In this document: positions 10,557-21,100 of the stretch, in pieces
Numbering within the stretch: position 1 is the stretch's first letter
Layout: every line of letters starts with the position of its first letter
Origin: an uncultured Chitinophagales bacterium
GTDB taxonomy: Bacteria; Bacteroidota; Rhodothermia; Balneolales; HLUCCA01
Assembly: GCA_964412365.1 (NCBI GenBank)
Contig: CAYPOI010000005.1
Coordinates: 1 to 61,192, forward strand
Length of the DNA: 61,192 nucleotides
Reading direction: 5' to 3'
Notes under the pieces: generated by a model
What the model saw: only the letters and a program-made list of their open reading frames with translations
Databases searched by the model: none
Told to the model about the DNA's origin: nothing
Program-made: the position numbers and the translations under genes

Positions 10557-12035
10557 TCAACGGAAATGGGTTCGTTTAGCCCGTAAATATACGTTGATTC
10601 CGCCTAAGGTCACGCCGGGGATGCCCTGCCCAGGGTAGGTCGTATCACCACATAAGTACAATCCGGGGATGTGGGTTTCGTTTGGCGTCCAATCCCATAA
10701 CGCACGATCCATCGATTGAGGGATGCCCCCCACGCGACCTTTGTGCCGACCCACCCAGCTTTCCCAACTCGACGGCGAGGCGGAGGTGGCCAGCTTCACT
10801 TCGGCATCCTTGAATCCAGGTAACGAGTCGCGCATCAACTCAAGAATGCGCTCCGTCACGATCTGCTTTCGCTCTTCGTACGTGGCTTCATCGATGTCGA
10901 ACCAAGGCTCGGTCGGCGTATGGGTCGACACATTCAGCACGCGGCCTCCATCCGGCGCTCTCATCGTATCGCCACGCTGGGATAACGAAACGAAAATGGT
11001 ATGGGAGCCGCAGACAGGTACTTCAACGTTGCTGTGTATCTGATGATGGAGGGTCATGCCCTCCGGATAGATGTCATCCGTCACAATCCCCATCGTGAAA
11101 GCCCCCCATCCGACATCGTATTTCTTGGCTTCTTTCTTGAAATAGTTGGATGCGGCGCCGCTGGTCAGGGCTTCCATGTTCCAAACCGGAAGGTTTGCAA
11201 TGACAACCTTTGCTTCGAACTCTTTCCCGTTTTTGCAGGTCACGCGATGGCCACCCGCGATTTGCTCGATCGACACGACTTTGTGTTTCACAAGCACCTC
11301 TCCCCCTTTCTCGCGGATGTGGGCTTGCAACGCATTGGCCATTTCGATCAGTCCGCCCGGCACCGAATAATTTCCCGAATTCGTGTACGTCAGCGCCGGC
11401 GCCCCGAACAGAAACGGGACATCTTGTGATGGAGCCTGTGCCGAAATCATGAGCTGTTCGTCCACAAACCGTTTGAAGGATGGGGATGTGAGTCCATGCT
11501 TGATCATCCGGTCGTACACGCTCACAAAGGCGAACCGCAAGGCCAATGCGTGTTTGGGATGGTTGCCGAGCAACCGAAGCGCATCGCCAATGGATTGGGG
11601 TGGAAAAAACGGATTGCGCTCGGACAGTTTCCACACGATATCGGATGTGTCATACGCCTCATTCCAAAATGCGCGCTGGGCGTCTGGCTGACCAAAATGA
11701 CGAATGGCTTCCTCAATCCACATCTCGCGATCTTCATGTCGGGTGATCGTGGTTCCATCCAGATGCACTGTCATGCTTGGCGTGAGGCGTTCCCGCGGAA
11801 TCCGAATGCCAGTCAATGCTTCCAATCGGGCCAAGGGCTGATGGGCGTCGAAACCGATGAGCGTCGTGGCACCCGATTCGAAGATATATCCTTTCCGGAA
11901 GTAGGACGAACTGCATCCGCCGATGGCATGAGACCCTTCGAGGAGGGTCACGGAGCGGTTGTCGTTGGCAAATAGGGTTGCGGCGGTGAGTCCTCCCATC
12001 CCGCCGCCGATCACAATCACATCTTGTTTAAACAT
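10557..12035 (-). CDS. phytoene desaturase-family FAD-dependent oxidoreductase (CrtI/CrtD-like)
   Basis: It has an N-terminal dinucleotide-binding motif, VIVIGGGMGGLTAATLFA...LEGSHAIGG. It has a C-terminal GLYLCGDTTYPGQGIPGV motif typical of the family. Confidence 0.75.
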   Translation of the reverse strand: MFKQDVIVIGGGMGGLTAATLFANDNRSVTLLEGSHAIGGCSSSYFRKGYIFESGATTLIGFDAHQPLARLEALTGIRIPRERLTPSMTVHLDGTTITRHEDREMWIEEAIRHFGQPDAQRAFWNEAYDTSDIVWKLSERNPFFPPQSIGDALRLLGNHPKHALALRFAFVSVYDRMIKHGLTSPSFKRFVDEQLMISAQAPSQDVPFLFGAPALTYTNSGNYSVPGGLIEMANALQAHIREKGGEVLVKHKVVSIEQIAGGHRVTCKNGKEFEAKVVIANLPVWNMEALTSGAASNYFKKEAKKYDVGWGAFTMGIVTDDIYPEGMTLHHQIHSNVEVPVCGSHTIFVSLSQRGDTMRAPDGGRVLNVSTHTPTEPWFDIDEATYEERKQIVTERILELMRDSLPGFKDAEVKLATSASPSSWESWVGRHKGRVGGIPQSMDRALWDWTPNETHIPGLYLCGDTTYPGQGIPGVTLGGINVYLRAKRTHFR

Positions 12036-12053
12036 ATGGGGTAGAACACCATC

Positions 12054-12818
12054 CTACCATCGCTGCGTTTCGTTGCCCAAAAATCTCCTCACTCCCTCGC
12101 GACAATCCGCATCACCCCGTGCCTGCGCATTCGTTTTCGCGGCCAACTCGAATTGCTGCGACAGAGAAAGACCCGCCTGATCGGCAAGCAGCCCTTTGGT
12201 CCGAGCCATGGCAGACCCGCTTAGGTCGTTCACGAAACGGCTTGCCCACCACCGGCCACGTGAGTCAAGGTCCCCTGCCGGCACCACTTCCGTAACCAGA
12301 CCGATGTTCTGGGCCTCTTGGGCTGAAATCCGTTGGGCGCCCAACAACAAGCGCCGGGCTTGGGTCTCCCCTACTTTGCGGAGCAAGATCGCCGATACGA
12401 TCGCCGGGACGAAGCCGATCGCGGTTTCCGTATAACCGAAGCGGGCGGTTTCGGAAGCGATGGAAATGTCCGCGGCCGTCGCAAGCCCGCATCCACCCGC
12501 AATCGCATCTCCTTGGATGAGCGAAACAATCGGCTTGGGATGGCGAATCACCGCCTCGAACAAGTCGGCGAGTAGCGTGGAATCGGCCAGGTTTTCCTCA
12601 AAACTGGCCGATTGGAGTTTGGACAGGGCGTCCAAATCGGCGCCGGCGGAAAAAACCGTGCCCTCGGCTTGGAGCACGATGACTTTGACGTCCGTGCGTT
12701 CGGCCTCATTCAATGCGGAGAGCAGGCGGTCGGCCAACTCGGAATTCAGCGCGTTGCGCTTTTCCGGCCGATTTAATGTGAGGGTAAGAACTCGATCAAG
12801 CGAATGTTGAGTCAGCAT
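12054..12818 (-). CDS. enoyl-CoA hydratase/isomerase family protein
   Basis: It has the crotonase signature [10 protein letters not shown]...[10 protein letters not shown]...[16 protein letters not shown]. Length is 254 aa. Confidence 0.85.
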   Translation of the reverse strand: MLTQHSLDRVLTLTLNRPEKRNALNSELADRLLSALNEAERTDVKVIVLQAEGTVFSAGADLDALSKLQSASFEENLADSTLLADLFEAVIRHPKPIVSLIQGDAIAGGCGLATAADISIASETARFGYTETAIGFVPAIVSAILLRKVGETQARRLLLGAQRISAQEAQNIGLVTEVVPAGDLDSRGRWWASRFVNDLSGSAMARTKGLLADQAGLSLSQQFELAAKTNAQARGDADCREGVRRFLGNETQRW

Positions 12819-13515
12819 TCGCCACGTTACGAATTCTTTTGTCGGATTCTAAGAGTCCGTCGCGCAAGCGGATGATTCGATGGGCATGCAATGCGATGTC
12901 TTCTTCGTGAGTCACGAGAATGATCGTGTTGCCTTGCGCGTGCAGTTCTTCGAACAATTCCATGATTTCGACACCGGTTTTGGTATCGAGGTTACCAGTC
13001 GGTTCATCGGCCAATAGAATGGATGGATTGTTGACCAGAGCCCGAGCCACAGCCACACGCTGACGCTGACCACCGGACAATTCATTCGGTTTGTGATGCA
13101 TGCGGTCGGCCAAGCCGACCTTCTCAAGCACGTCGATCGCCTGTTGACGGCGTGCCGAGCCTCTCATGCCGGCATAGATGAGCGGAAGCTCGACGTTGGC
13201 CAGAGCGGTTGAGCGAGGTAACAGATTGAACGTCTGAAAAACGAAGCCGATCTCTTTGTTACGGATGGCAGCGAGCTCGTTGTCGGAAAGGGTGTTCACG
13301 TTCGTTCCGTTCAGGATGTACGACCCGGAACTCGGCGTGTCCAAACATCCGATCACATTCATCATCGTGGATTTTCCGGATCCCGAAGGACCCATGATCG
13401 CCACGTATTCGTTCTTTTGGATTTCAAACGACACGCCACTGAGCGCATGAACGGTTTGAGTACCCATTCGATACTCTTTTTTGACATCCACGCACTGGAT
13501 CACGGTTTTGGCCAT
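12796..13515 (-). CDS. ABC transporter ATP-binding protein (MacB/LolD-type ATPase, no fused permease)
   Basis: It has Walker A (GPSGSGKST), the ABC signature ([15 protein letters not shown]), Walker B ([12 protein letters not shown]) and an H-loop (LVTHE). The track start at 13521 is a TTG inside the TolC stop. I prefer ATG 13515 (MAKTVIQC). Confidence 0.88.
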   Translation of the reverse strand: MAKTVIQCVDVKKEYRMGTQTVHALSGVSFEIQKNEYVAIMGPSGSGKSTMMNVIGCLDTPSSGSYILNGTNVNTLSDNELAAIRNKEIGFVFQTFNLLPRSTALANVELPLIYAGMRGSARRQQAIDVLEKVGLADRMHHKPNELSGGQRQRVAVARALVNNPSILLADEPTGNLDTKTGVEIMELFEELHAQGNTIILVTHEEDIALHAHRIIRLRDGLLESDKRIRNVANADSTFA

Positions 13516-13517
13516 GA

Positions 13518-14894
13518 TCAAAACTCAATGTTGGTCGTGATGTTGCCGATATAGTAATCCAGCAATTTCTCTTGGAACGCGAATTGATAGACGGCGCGTA
13601 TCCGATTGGAAGAGGCATTCACGAACTCGGTGTTGGCACGTGTCAACTCAATCAACGTGCTTGCACCCACTCGGTAGCGTTCTTGCTCGGTCTCGTAAGC
13701 TTTGGTGGCGGCGATCAGGGCGGTCTCTGTTGTGCGAAGTTGCTTGGCGTAAGCGAGATAGTCGTTATGTGCTTGGCGAACTTCCTGAAGGATACCTAGG
13801 CGACGATCTTCCATATCGAGCAAGTCGTTCTTGTATTGGACTTGGCTGCGTTGAACGTTCGTACGTGGACCGAAACGGTTGAAGATCGGGATCTGTAGAC
13901 TCAGACCATAGCTTCTCGTCGGATTGCGATCGAAAAACTGATCATTGAATCCGAGTTTGTTGAATTGTGTAGGATCGACGATGTCGCGTTCACGGTATTG
14001 GTCACTGTAGCTGGAGTTCAGACCTGCCGTGAAGGTCAATGTAGGCAGGTAGGCACCACGAGCGGCCGTGAGGGCGTATTTGCTAGCTCTGATTTGGGCT
14101 TCTTGCGCACTGATGTCGCTGCGGTTAGCCAAGGCTTGATTCACCAACTGATTCAAATCAAACACCTTCACTTCAACGGTTTCTTCTTCGATGCCAGGTG
14201 TCACCAACTCATACTCCAGAAGTGGATCGATTTGCATGATTCGCACCAATTGAAGCAAGGAGATGTTCACGGCGTTCTCGCGTTGCACCAACAAAAACTC
14301 ACTGTTCGCGACCAAGGCTTCCTGATTGTATTGATCTACGATCGGACGCATGCCCACTTCCACTTGAGCCCGGATCTGATCGAGTTGGCGCTGGGCGCTT
14401 TCCAAATCCTGAATAGAGATCGTCAGAAGCTCCTGATTCAACAAAACCGTTAAGAAGCTGCTGGCTGTCTGAAAAATGATGTTTTCCTTGGTGCGCTGCA
14501 GGACTTCCTCGCTCGACAACCGACGGGCTTGAGCTGCGCGAAGATCGCTGATGTTCTGAAAACCGGCAAAGAGGGGAACACTCGTATTTATGCCACCGCT
14601 GATGCCCCGCGTAGTGAATTCATCGAACTGAAGCCGTTCTTGGACAAACTGACGACCTGTGCGACGGTTCGCGTTCATGCTGGCATTCAGGTTCGGTAGA
14701 AACTGACCATAGGCTTGGGTCACAATCCCGTCCTGCAACTCAAGGTTGTTTTCGGCTTTTTTGACGGTGAAGTTGTTCTCTAAAGCCAGTTGGACCGCTT
14801 CTTGAAGCGTCAATTTCGTCGCCGGCTGGGATTGGGAGAACGCCGACTGAGTTGAGAAGAAGGTACAGATGACCAGTGGCAGGAAATAACGCAT
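13518..14894 (-). CDS. TolC-family outer-membrane efflux protein
   Basis: The signal peptide is [21 protein letters not shown], from ATG 14894 (14915 is a TTG). It has a two-repeat coiled-coil/beta architecture with [14 protein letters not shown] and ...[24 protein letters not shown]. Confidence 0.85.
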   Translation of the reverse strand: MRYFLPLVICTFFSTQSAFSQSQPATKLTLQEAVQLALENNFTVKKAENNLELQDGIVTQAYGQFLPNLNASMNANRRTGRQFVQERLQFDEFTTRGISGGINTSVPLFAGFQNISDLRAAQARRLSSEEVLQRTKENIIFQTASSFLTVLLNQELLTISIQDLESAQRQLDQIRAQVEVGMRPIVDQYNQEALVANSEFLLVQRENAVNISLLQLVRIMQIDPLLEYELVTPGIEEETVEVKVFDLNQLVNQALANRSDISAQEAQIRASKYALTAARGAYLPTLTFTAGLNSSYSDQYRERDIVDPTQFNKLGFNDQFFDRNPTRSYGLSLQIPIFNRFGPRTNVQRSQVQYKNDLLDMEDRRLGILQEVRQAHNDYLAYAKQLRTTETALIAATKAYETEQERYRVGASTLIELTRANTEFVNASSNRIRAVYQFAFQEKLLDYYIGNITTNIEF

Positions 14895-14986
14895 AGGATA
14901 ATGTAGATTGAACAAGATGACGGAAGGTATAAAAATAGGCAGGTCGCTTTAACGGTGTGCAATCCGTTGTGTTTCGAAGCGGTTCT

Positions 14987-15319
14987 TTAACCTTTTTTAT
15001 CAATCGACTCGACGATGGCCTGAACCGCCTTTCTGGCGGCAACTACTTTAAGTTCGGAAAATAGATTCGCAAAAAAGGACGCTTGACCGCGGGTGCGTCC
15101 GCCTGTTGCGGCCATGTAGCCGAAAGCTGCGGCAATGGTGAACGCTTGAAGCGGATATTTTTTGATCCAATACATGGGAGAGACTCTGGCCGTCACATCA
15201 TCCTTCACATCCTCGAAGGTATCGTTCACATGGTTCTCCAACCGGACAAGCTCGTCGCGCAGCGCTTGTTTTCGTGCTTCCAGATCCGAGATCCGGTTGA
15301 TCATGTCTTGTTCACTCAT
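14987..15319 (-). CDS. small membrane protein, third gene of a YqjD/YqjE/YqjK-like trio
   Basis: It has an N-terminal coiled coil (ISDLEARKQALRDELVRLENHV) followed by one hydrophobic segment (PLQAFTIAAAFGYMAATGG). Its ATG overlaps the upstream stop by 8 nt. Confidence 0.6.
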   Translation of the reverse strand: MSEQDMINRISDLEARKQALRDELVRLENHVNDTFEDVKDDVTARVSPMYWIKKYPLQAFTIAAAFGYMAATGGRTRGQASFFANLFSELKVVAARKAVQAIVESIDKKG

Positions 15320-15704
15320 CGGATTTGGACTCCTCGGTCGATTTCAATTCAGTTTTGGGTTGAAGCAAGGCGTTGAGTATAGACAGCTTCACCTTCTGTT
15401 CGATCAGTTTTGGCAAAAGAAGCCAACAGAAGAACGCAAAGACGAATAGCATGACGGCCACGATGATGAATCCACCGGCTGGATTTCGAAGAACCTCGCC
15501 CAAAAACATCGCAAGGGCCAACATCATAAACAAAATTCCAAGCCCAACGATGAACAAGATCACCATCGTAACGATGGCTTTCCCTGAAAACGAGCTGATC
15601 TGTTCACCGATTTCCAACGCCCACAATTGAATCCGAGTCTCCACAATGACACGGATATCATGTGGCAACTGCTTCAGACGATCGGTGATATCCGGATCAG
15701 TCAT
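15312..15704 (-). CDS. phage-holin-family / YqjE (DUF1469)-like membrane protein
   Basis: It has two long TM segments (AIVTMVILFIVGLGILFMMLALAMFL and GGFIIVAVMLFVFAFFCWLLLP) after an amphipathic N-terminus. The track start at 15728 is a TTG. I prefer ATG 15704 (ATGACTGA overlap with the upstream stop). Confidence 0.6.
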   Translation of the reverse strand: MTDPDITDRLKQLPHDIRVIVETRIQLWALEIGEQISSFSGKAIVTMVILFIVGLGILFMMLALAMFLGEVLRNPAGGFIIVAVMLFVFAFFCWLLLPKLIEQKVKLSILNALLQPKTELKSTEESKSDE

Positions 15705-15912
15705 CACTACCACTGAATAGGCGTCCAATCATGTACCCTACGACCACGGCGATACCGACCGCAACCAATGGATGCTCGCGGATAGCGACTTCCGCACGCT
15801 CTTTCAACTCTTCGATGCGCTCGCGCAATTCATCCAATTCGGGGAACTGCTGACTCAAATCCTCGAGCTCTTCCAATTTGCTGGTCAGCTTATCAACGGT
15901 TTTCTTACTCAT
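15697..15912 (-). CDS. DUF883 / YqjD-ElaB-like C-tail-anchored membrane protein
   Basis: It has a charged coiled-coil N-terminus and the family C-terminus HPLVAVGIAVVVGYMIGRLF. The track start at 15939 is a TTG. I prefer ATG 15912 (MSKKTVDKL). Confidence 0.6.
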   Translation of the reverse strand: MSKKTVDKLTSKLEELEDLSQQFPELDELRERIEELKERAEVAIREHPLVAVGIAVVVGYMIGRLFSGSDD

Positions 15913-15952
15913 GGCTTCATCCGATTGGTTAATTATCAATATAGAAAGCCTA

Positions 15953-17059
15953 TCACACTAAATCGAACTCTTTCCCTGCCGATTGTCGTATGATATTTTC
16001 GCATTCTAATGTGAGCAATTGTGTGAGAAGGATAGGCATCGAGCGTTTTAACCGGTCTTGCAACACATCGATATGTTGCCGACCCATCTCATCCAACAAC
16101 CGGCATATCGCGAGCAAATCCTCACTCAGCTCCACGCTTTTCCACCTGGGTTGAGGGGTTTCGACTCGAACACCGTTGGTCAACCACGGGAGTTCTTCAA
16201 GCATATCTCCGACCGACTCGACCAGCTTTCCGGTGCCTTCGCGGATGAGCCGATGCCCGCCACCCCCCTTTTTGGACGTGAGCGGATGGGGTATGACAAA
16301 CACTTCCCGGTTTTGATCGATCGCCAGTCGCGCGGTGATCATACTGCCTCCTGTCAGACCGGTTTCTACGACAAGAACGCCGAGGCTTAGTCCGCTCACG
16401 ACCCGATTCCGTACCGGGAAGTTCATGTAATCGGGTTTGGTACCGGGCGGAAATTCGGAGATTACGGCCCCACCCGTATCGATGATCTGCTCGGCGAGAT
16501 AGGTGTTCACACGCGGATAGATGCGGTCGATACCCGAACCCAGCACGGCAATGGTCTTCCCTTTCTGTTCGATGGTGACCTTATGGGCGATGGTATCGAT
16601 GCCGTAGGCCAAACCGGATATCACATTCAGTCCGGCACCAACAAGTCCTTGCGAGAACGCTTCCGCCATTTCACGTCCGTACACAGACGGCATGCGGGTG
16701 CCGATCACGCCCATCCCAGGCTCACTGAGGCAGTTCACATCCCCATTCACCCATAAGAGTAATGGCGGATCGAAAATCTCCTTGAGTTGCGCGGGATAGC
16801 GGGGATCATCGAGCGGAAGCAGATGGACGCCCAGCGTATGGGCTTTATCCAAAATGCGGTCGACTTCCTCCCATCCGGAAAAGGATAGGATTCCGTGCGC
16901 GACGGTTTTCCCGATGCCTTGGATAGACAGCAGATCGCGGGCTTTGAGCCGGAAGATGGATTCCGGCTCGGGAACAACAGAGAGTAACGTCTTGCTTCGG
17001 CGGGCGCCGAGGTTAGGAATCAGACTGAGGGCGATGATCGTACGTAGGGGATCCTGCAT
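15953..17059 (-). CDS. dprA: DNA-processing protein DprA
   Basis: It has IPNLGARRSKTLL (HhH-like N-terminus), a Rossmann-like core (VISGLAYGIDTIAHK, VLGSGIDRIYP) and a C-terminal winged-helix-like tail. Its start overlaps the obg 3' end by 47 nt. Confidence 0.88.
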   Translation of the reverse strand: MQDPLRTIIALSLIPNLGARRSKTLLSVVPEPESIFRLKARDLLSIQGIGKTVAHGILSFSGWEEVDRILDKAHTLGVHLLPLDDPRYPAQLKEIFDPPLLLWVNGDVNCLSEPGMGVIGTRMPSVYGREMAEAFSQGLVGAGLNVISGLAYGIDTIAHKVTIEQKGKTIAVLGSGIDRIYPRVNTYLAEQIIDTGGAVISEFPPGTKPDYMNFPVRNRVVSGLSLGVLVVETGLTGGSMITARLAIDQNREVFVIPHPLTSKKGGGGHRLIREGTGKLVESVGDMLEELPWLTNGVRVETPQPRWKSVELSEDLLAICRLLDEMGRQHIDVLQDRLKRSMPILLTQLLTLECENIIRQSAGKEFDLV

Positions 17060-18032
17060 CCGGTAGTGCGAGTTTGGCCCAGATGCGTTCTTTCAGCTCG
17101 CTCAGGTTATGGCCAGTGGCGGCCGACACGGCGATCCAATCATCCGGGAGGTTAGGGGGTTCTTCCAACCGGTATCCTTCCTTCAGATCCATCTGCGTGA
17201 TCACCACCAAGCGCTCTTTGAGAAGCAGGTCTTCGCGATACTCCTTCATCTCATTGATGAGGACGTCGTACTCCGCTTGGATGTCGGACATGCAACTGAT
17301 GATCAGCAACAGCATCCGATTGCGTTCGATGTGGCGCAGAAACCGCGTGCCGAGCCCTTTCCCGAGATGCGCGTCTTCGATGATGCCGGGGATGTCGGCC
17401 ATCACGAAACTGCGGTAATCGGGGAACGCCACCACGCCCAAATTGGGCTCAAGCGTGGTGAACGGATAATCCGCGATTTTCGGCTTTGCGGCTGAGAGCG
17501 ATGCGAGCAGCGTGCTTTTTCCAGCGTTCGGATACCCCACTAAGCCCACTTCCGCGATCAGTTTCAGCTCGATCTCCACGATGATATGCTCTCCAGGCAT
17601 GCCGGGTTGGGCATACTTCGGAGTCTGATTCGTATCGGATTTGAAATAGTGGTTTCCTTTACCGCCCTGTCCGCCTGCCGCGATCACCAGTTCTTGGCCG
17701 TCTTCGGTGATTTCACCGAGCCAGCGACGGGTTTCGAACTCATACGCCACCGTGCCAAGCGGCACATCCAGAATGATGGGCGCGCCATCGCGACCCGAGC
17801 GGATGCCGCCCTCACCGTGATTGCCGTGGTCGGCCTTCATGAATTTGCGGTAGCGCAAATCCAGAAGCGTGTTCATGTTTCGGCTGCCACGGAGGATGAT
17901 GTTGCCACCACGTCCCCCATCGCCCCCATCAGGACCGCCCATGGGAACAAATTTTTCCCGGCGGAAGTGAACGGAGCCTGGGCCGCCGTTTCCGGCTTCC
18001 AAGTAGAGTTTGGCGTAATCAGCGAATCGCAT
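17013..18032 (-). CDS. obg: GTPase Obg/CgtA
   Basis: It has the Obg fold (MRFADYAKLYLEAGNGGPGSVHFRREKFVPMGGPDGGDGGRGGNIIL). The G domain has GYPNAGKSTLL, DIPGIIEDA and TQMD. Confidence 0.95.
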   Translation of the reverse strand: MRFADYAKLYLEAGNGGPGSVHFRREKFVPMGGPDGGDGGRGGNIILRGSRNMNTLLDLRYRKFMKADHGNHGEGGIRSGRDGAPIILDVPLGTVAYEFETRRWLGEITEDGQELVIAAGGQGGKGNHYFKSDTNQTPKYAQPGMPGEHIIVEIELKLIAEVGLVGYPNAGKSTLLASLSAAKPKIADYPFTTLEPNLGVVAFPDYRSFVMADIPGIIEDAHLGKGLGTRFLRHIERNRMLLLIISCMSDIQAEYDVLINEMKEYREDLLLKERLVVITQMDLKEGYRLEEPPNLPDDWIAVSAATGHNLSELKERIWAKLALPDAGSPTYDHRPQSDS

Positions 18033-18066
18033 GGTTCAGAATGAAGGTTACCTAAAGATAAGAAGG

Positions 18067-18096
18067 GCGGAACGTGCGATTTCTTACACGTTTCGC
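18067..18096 (-). terminator. hairpin between the usher-like gene and obg (weak terminator or attenuator)
   Basis: The hairpin GCGAAACGUG-N10-CACGUUCCGC pairs at 9/10 bp and is followed by CCUUCUUAUCUUU. Only 34 nt remain before the obg ATG, so full termination is doubtful. Confidence 0.3.
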
Positions 18097-18102
18097 ACAT
18101 AT

Positions 18103-21100
18103 TTAGGAACGAAAGGTATGGATGATGGCGTCTTTGTAGCCGAGTGTGCGCGCCCGACGGTACAGAAGGACCGCGTCTTCGAGTCGATCAGTGGGCCTTG
18201 AGCGCACAAAATATTGGTTTCCGATCTGAATCACATAGTTTTGGATTCCGGCTCGGCTGGTCAATCGTTGTGAAAGTTGGTACGCCTGCGCTTGAGTATT
18301 GAACAATCCGAACTGCACGGTGAATTCCATATCACGACTGTTCACATTCGGCTGGGTGATGAGGAACGCGTCTTTGAGATCCGTTTCAGACCGCAGACGG
18401 TCGCGTTCGGTGGATGCTGTCAAGAAATTGCTCATCGGCTCAAGCACCACTTTGAACTGGTTGAGGATCGCATCAAACAGCATGTGGCCTTTCAGGCCGT
18501 ATCGGGTGTTGATATCGGCGATATGACGAACCGCAGCCAGCGAATCCGAGAACGAGCCCACTTGAATCGCATAGAAGACGTCCTCGGTGGCGAAAATTTG
18601 CTCGCTGATGATGAACGCATCGGAGAATTGGGTTTTGCGCAGCGCGTTGATGGCGGCGAGCGCGTTTTCCAGCCCTTCGATCTCCGTGCTGAAGACGCGG
18701 TAATTGTCCCATCGGCGGCTGTATTGGATCTCATGCACCACCCCGGTCTGCTCCTCGATCTCCATCTTAGCCATGATGGCGCGAGCCAATGTGCTCATCG
18801 TGGCGGTCTGAACTCTGAAATATTGCGGTTTTACCACCACAGGTTCCACCACCGGTTCTTCAACCACAGGCACCGGAATCGGACGCAGTTTCAGATCGAA
18901 ATTCAATCCGGCGATGAAATCCCCTTCCGGAATCGATTGGACGGTGAAATCGATGAACGCGGGATGGGAATCCGATCTCAGAATATTGAGCTGGGTGGTG
19001 TCCACTTGAATCCGATACTCGCCTGGCGGTACTTCCATCGCATAGAACGATCCGTCGAAGAAGGTGATCACTTCCTTGCGCTCGTTCGTGGCCAAGTTGG
19101 TGTAGTAGAGACGCAAGCCACTGATGGACTGCACGTTGCCAGTGGCCGTTTCTCGCGTGGCTCCACCTTCAAAAATGCCGCTCGTACGGAAGGGGATTGA
19201 CAGGATTTTGTGCTGATTCGGATCGGTGATCACACCAAAACGCTCGATCGACGGAACCAATACCGGATTCTCCACCGCAGCCTTGTTCACTTCCACATCG
19301 TACTGGCGATATTGAAGCATTTGGGAATAAATGGCGAACCCTTTCACGGCGTGATACCGAGAACCGGCACCTTGGAAACGCAGGATGTTACCAGGTACCG
19401 ATTGCTCTTCCTTGTCTTTCACACCATTGTCATTGTTGTCGATATAGAGGTCGGCGATGACGGCCGAACGTCCTACCTGGCCTCGGTTGTCGAACCATAG
19501 CAGATTCATCGAAGGTTCATACGCCACCGCACCCCGAATCGATTGGTTCGACGACCATGCCTGGCTCGTGACACGGGTATTGGCACTGGTTCGGACGTAT
19601 TTGAAATCGAAACTAAGGGTCAGGAAAAACGCCGTGACATTGGTCGGTACGATGCGGGTCATGCTGAATTGGATCCGACCATCTCTTAGAAAACTCCGTG
19701 ACATTGTGAGATCGAATCGCTCCGGGTTGTGAATCGCATGAATGGCGTCGTACTGCGCACGCAAGAACATGCCACGCAATGGCAGCCAGACGCTGTTGTC
19801 ACGAGGCATCGTATATGTTGCCGAAACCTGATATCGGTCTTGAATGAGCTTCTCGCCAGTCGCATTCAGCACGCGGCTCGATCGGCGAAATCCACCACGT
19901 GTGGACACTTTTCCAAACCGCGAGTTCAAATCCAGACTGGTGCTTGATAGGATGAAAGCGGGAAATTGTGACCGGTCAAATGACGTCCGCACCGAAATTG
20001 GAGCCTTTTCGTAGGGGATGTTCACAAACAAGGCACCACCGGACTGATTCATGAGTCCGGTGGTGGCGATATCTGCCGATTCCGCATAAACGGTGTAATA
20101 GGCATTTGCGAAATCGCCTCTGGTGGTTTGATAGTACACATCCGATTTCAGGAAATTGCTGGGTGAAAACTCGGTGTTGACGAACAGGCCATCTTTAAGG
20201 CTGGCGTTGATGGTGGCGGATGTGAAGTTCTTCGTAACGTTGGATGGGGTTCTCAAGTATTCCGATGTGGCTCCAACGGTGAGATTTGGTGAGATCCCGT
20301 ATCCGCCGCGCACGTAGCCAAACTGATCATCACCACCTTCAAACACATTATCGTCCATTCCATACCCGGCGTCGTACCTGAATTCACCTTTGGGTACGAA
20401 ATTGAACGGGATACGGATGGTCCGGTTCGATTCGATCAGTTCGCCACCCGGACCATAGATTACCAACTTGATGTCGTTCGGACCATAGACGATGGGAATC
20501 TGAAACGTGAACCGTCCTTGATCGTCAGTGGTTGTGAAATCCGTGAGGCGATCGTTAATGAACAGCTCCACCTCCGAATCGGGCATCGTCAGCTCCGATA
20601 TGGTATAGAAATCGAACACCCGATCCGGATATAAGGGCTCATTCGTGAACCGGACGCCAGTCATGTTGCTTTTCAAGGTGCCACCAGTCGCATTGATATC
20701 GCCCACGAGGGTTTGCGACAACCAGGGATTGTCGCCATGGTAGTACCGATACCGCCAACTGTTGACCCCCGCTTCGGTTCCGGATTCGCTTCTCGCCACT
20801 TGCGAATTGACTTGGACATCTCCACCCAATAGTTCGGAACCAGTGATGAGCGATAAACTGTTGGTGAGCGAATTGCGGCTACTCAGATTTTGCTGATACG
20901 CATAATCCAGGAACCCTCCGTTGAAAAAACGAGGCTGACGTTTAAAGGCCACAGGAAATTCACCCCTCGACGCTGATTTCTCCCTTTCCAATCTCTCACG
21001 TAGACGCAAGCGTTCTTGGCGTAGCACGACTGGCAATTTCAGCGGTGTGACCAAACGTAGCATCAGATTCGAAAAATCGACGCGGAACTCAAGTTGAAAC

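Noticed and set aside
17013-17059. The 47-nt overlap between the obg 3' end and the dprA 5' end as a possible recoding or regulatory feature
   Set aside because: It is most simply explained by a slightly later non-ATG dprA start or by ordinary gene overlap. There is no slippery sequence or structure in the overlap.
18277-19200. A 307-aa plus-strand ORF, plus other 60-175-aa ORFs inside the usher-like gene
   Set aside because: These are antisense or out of frame to the 1123-aa ORF, which carries the signal peptide and the usher-like and SPOR motifs.
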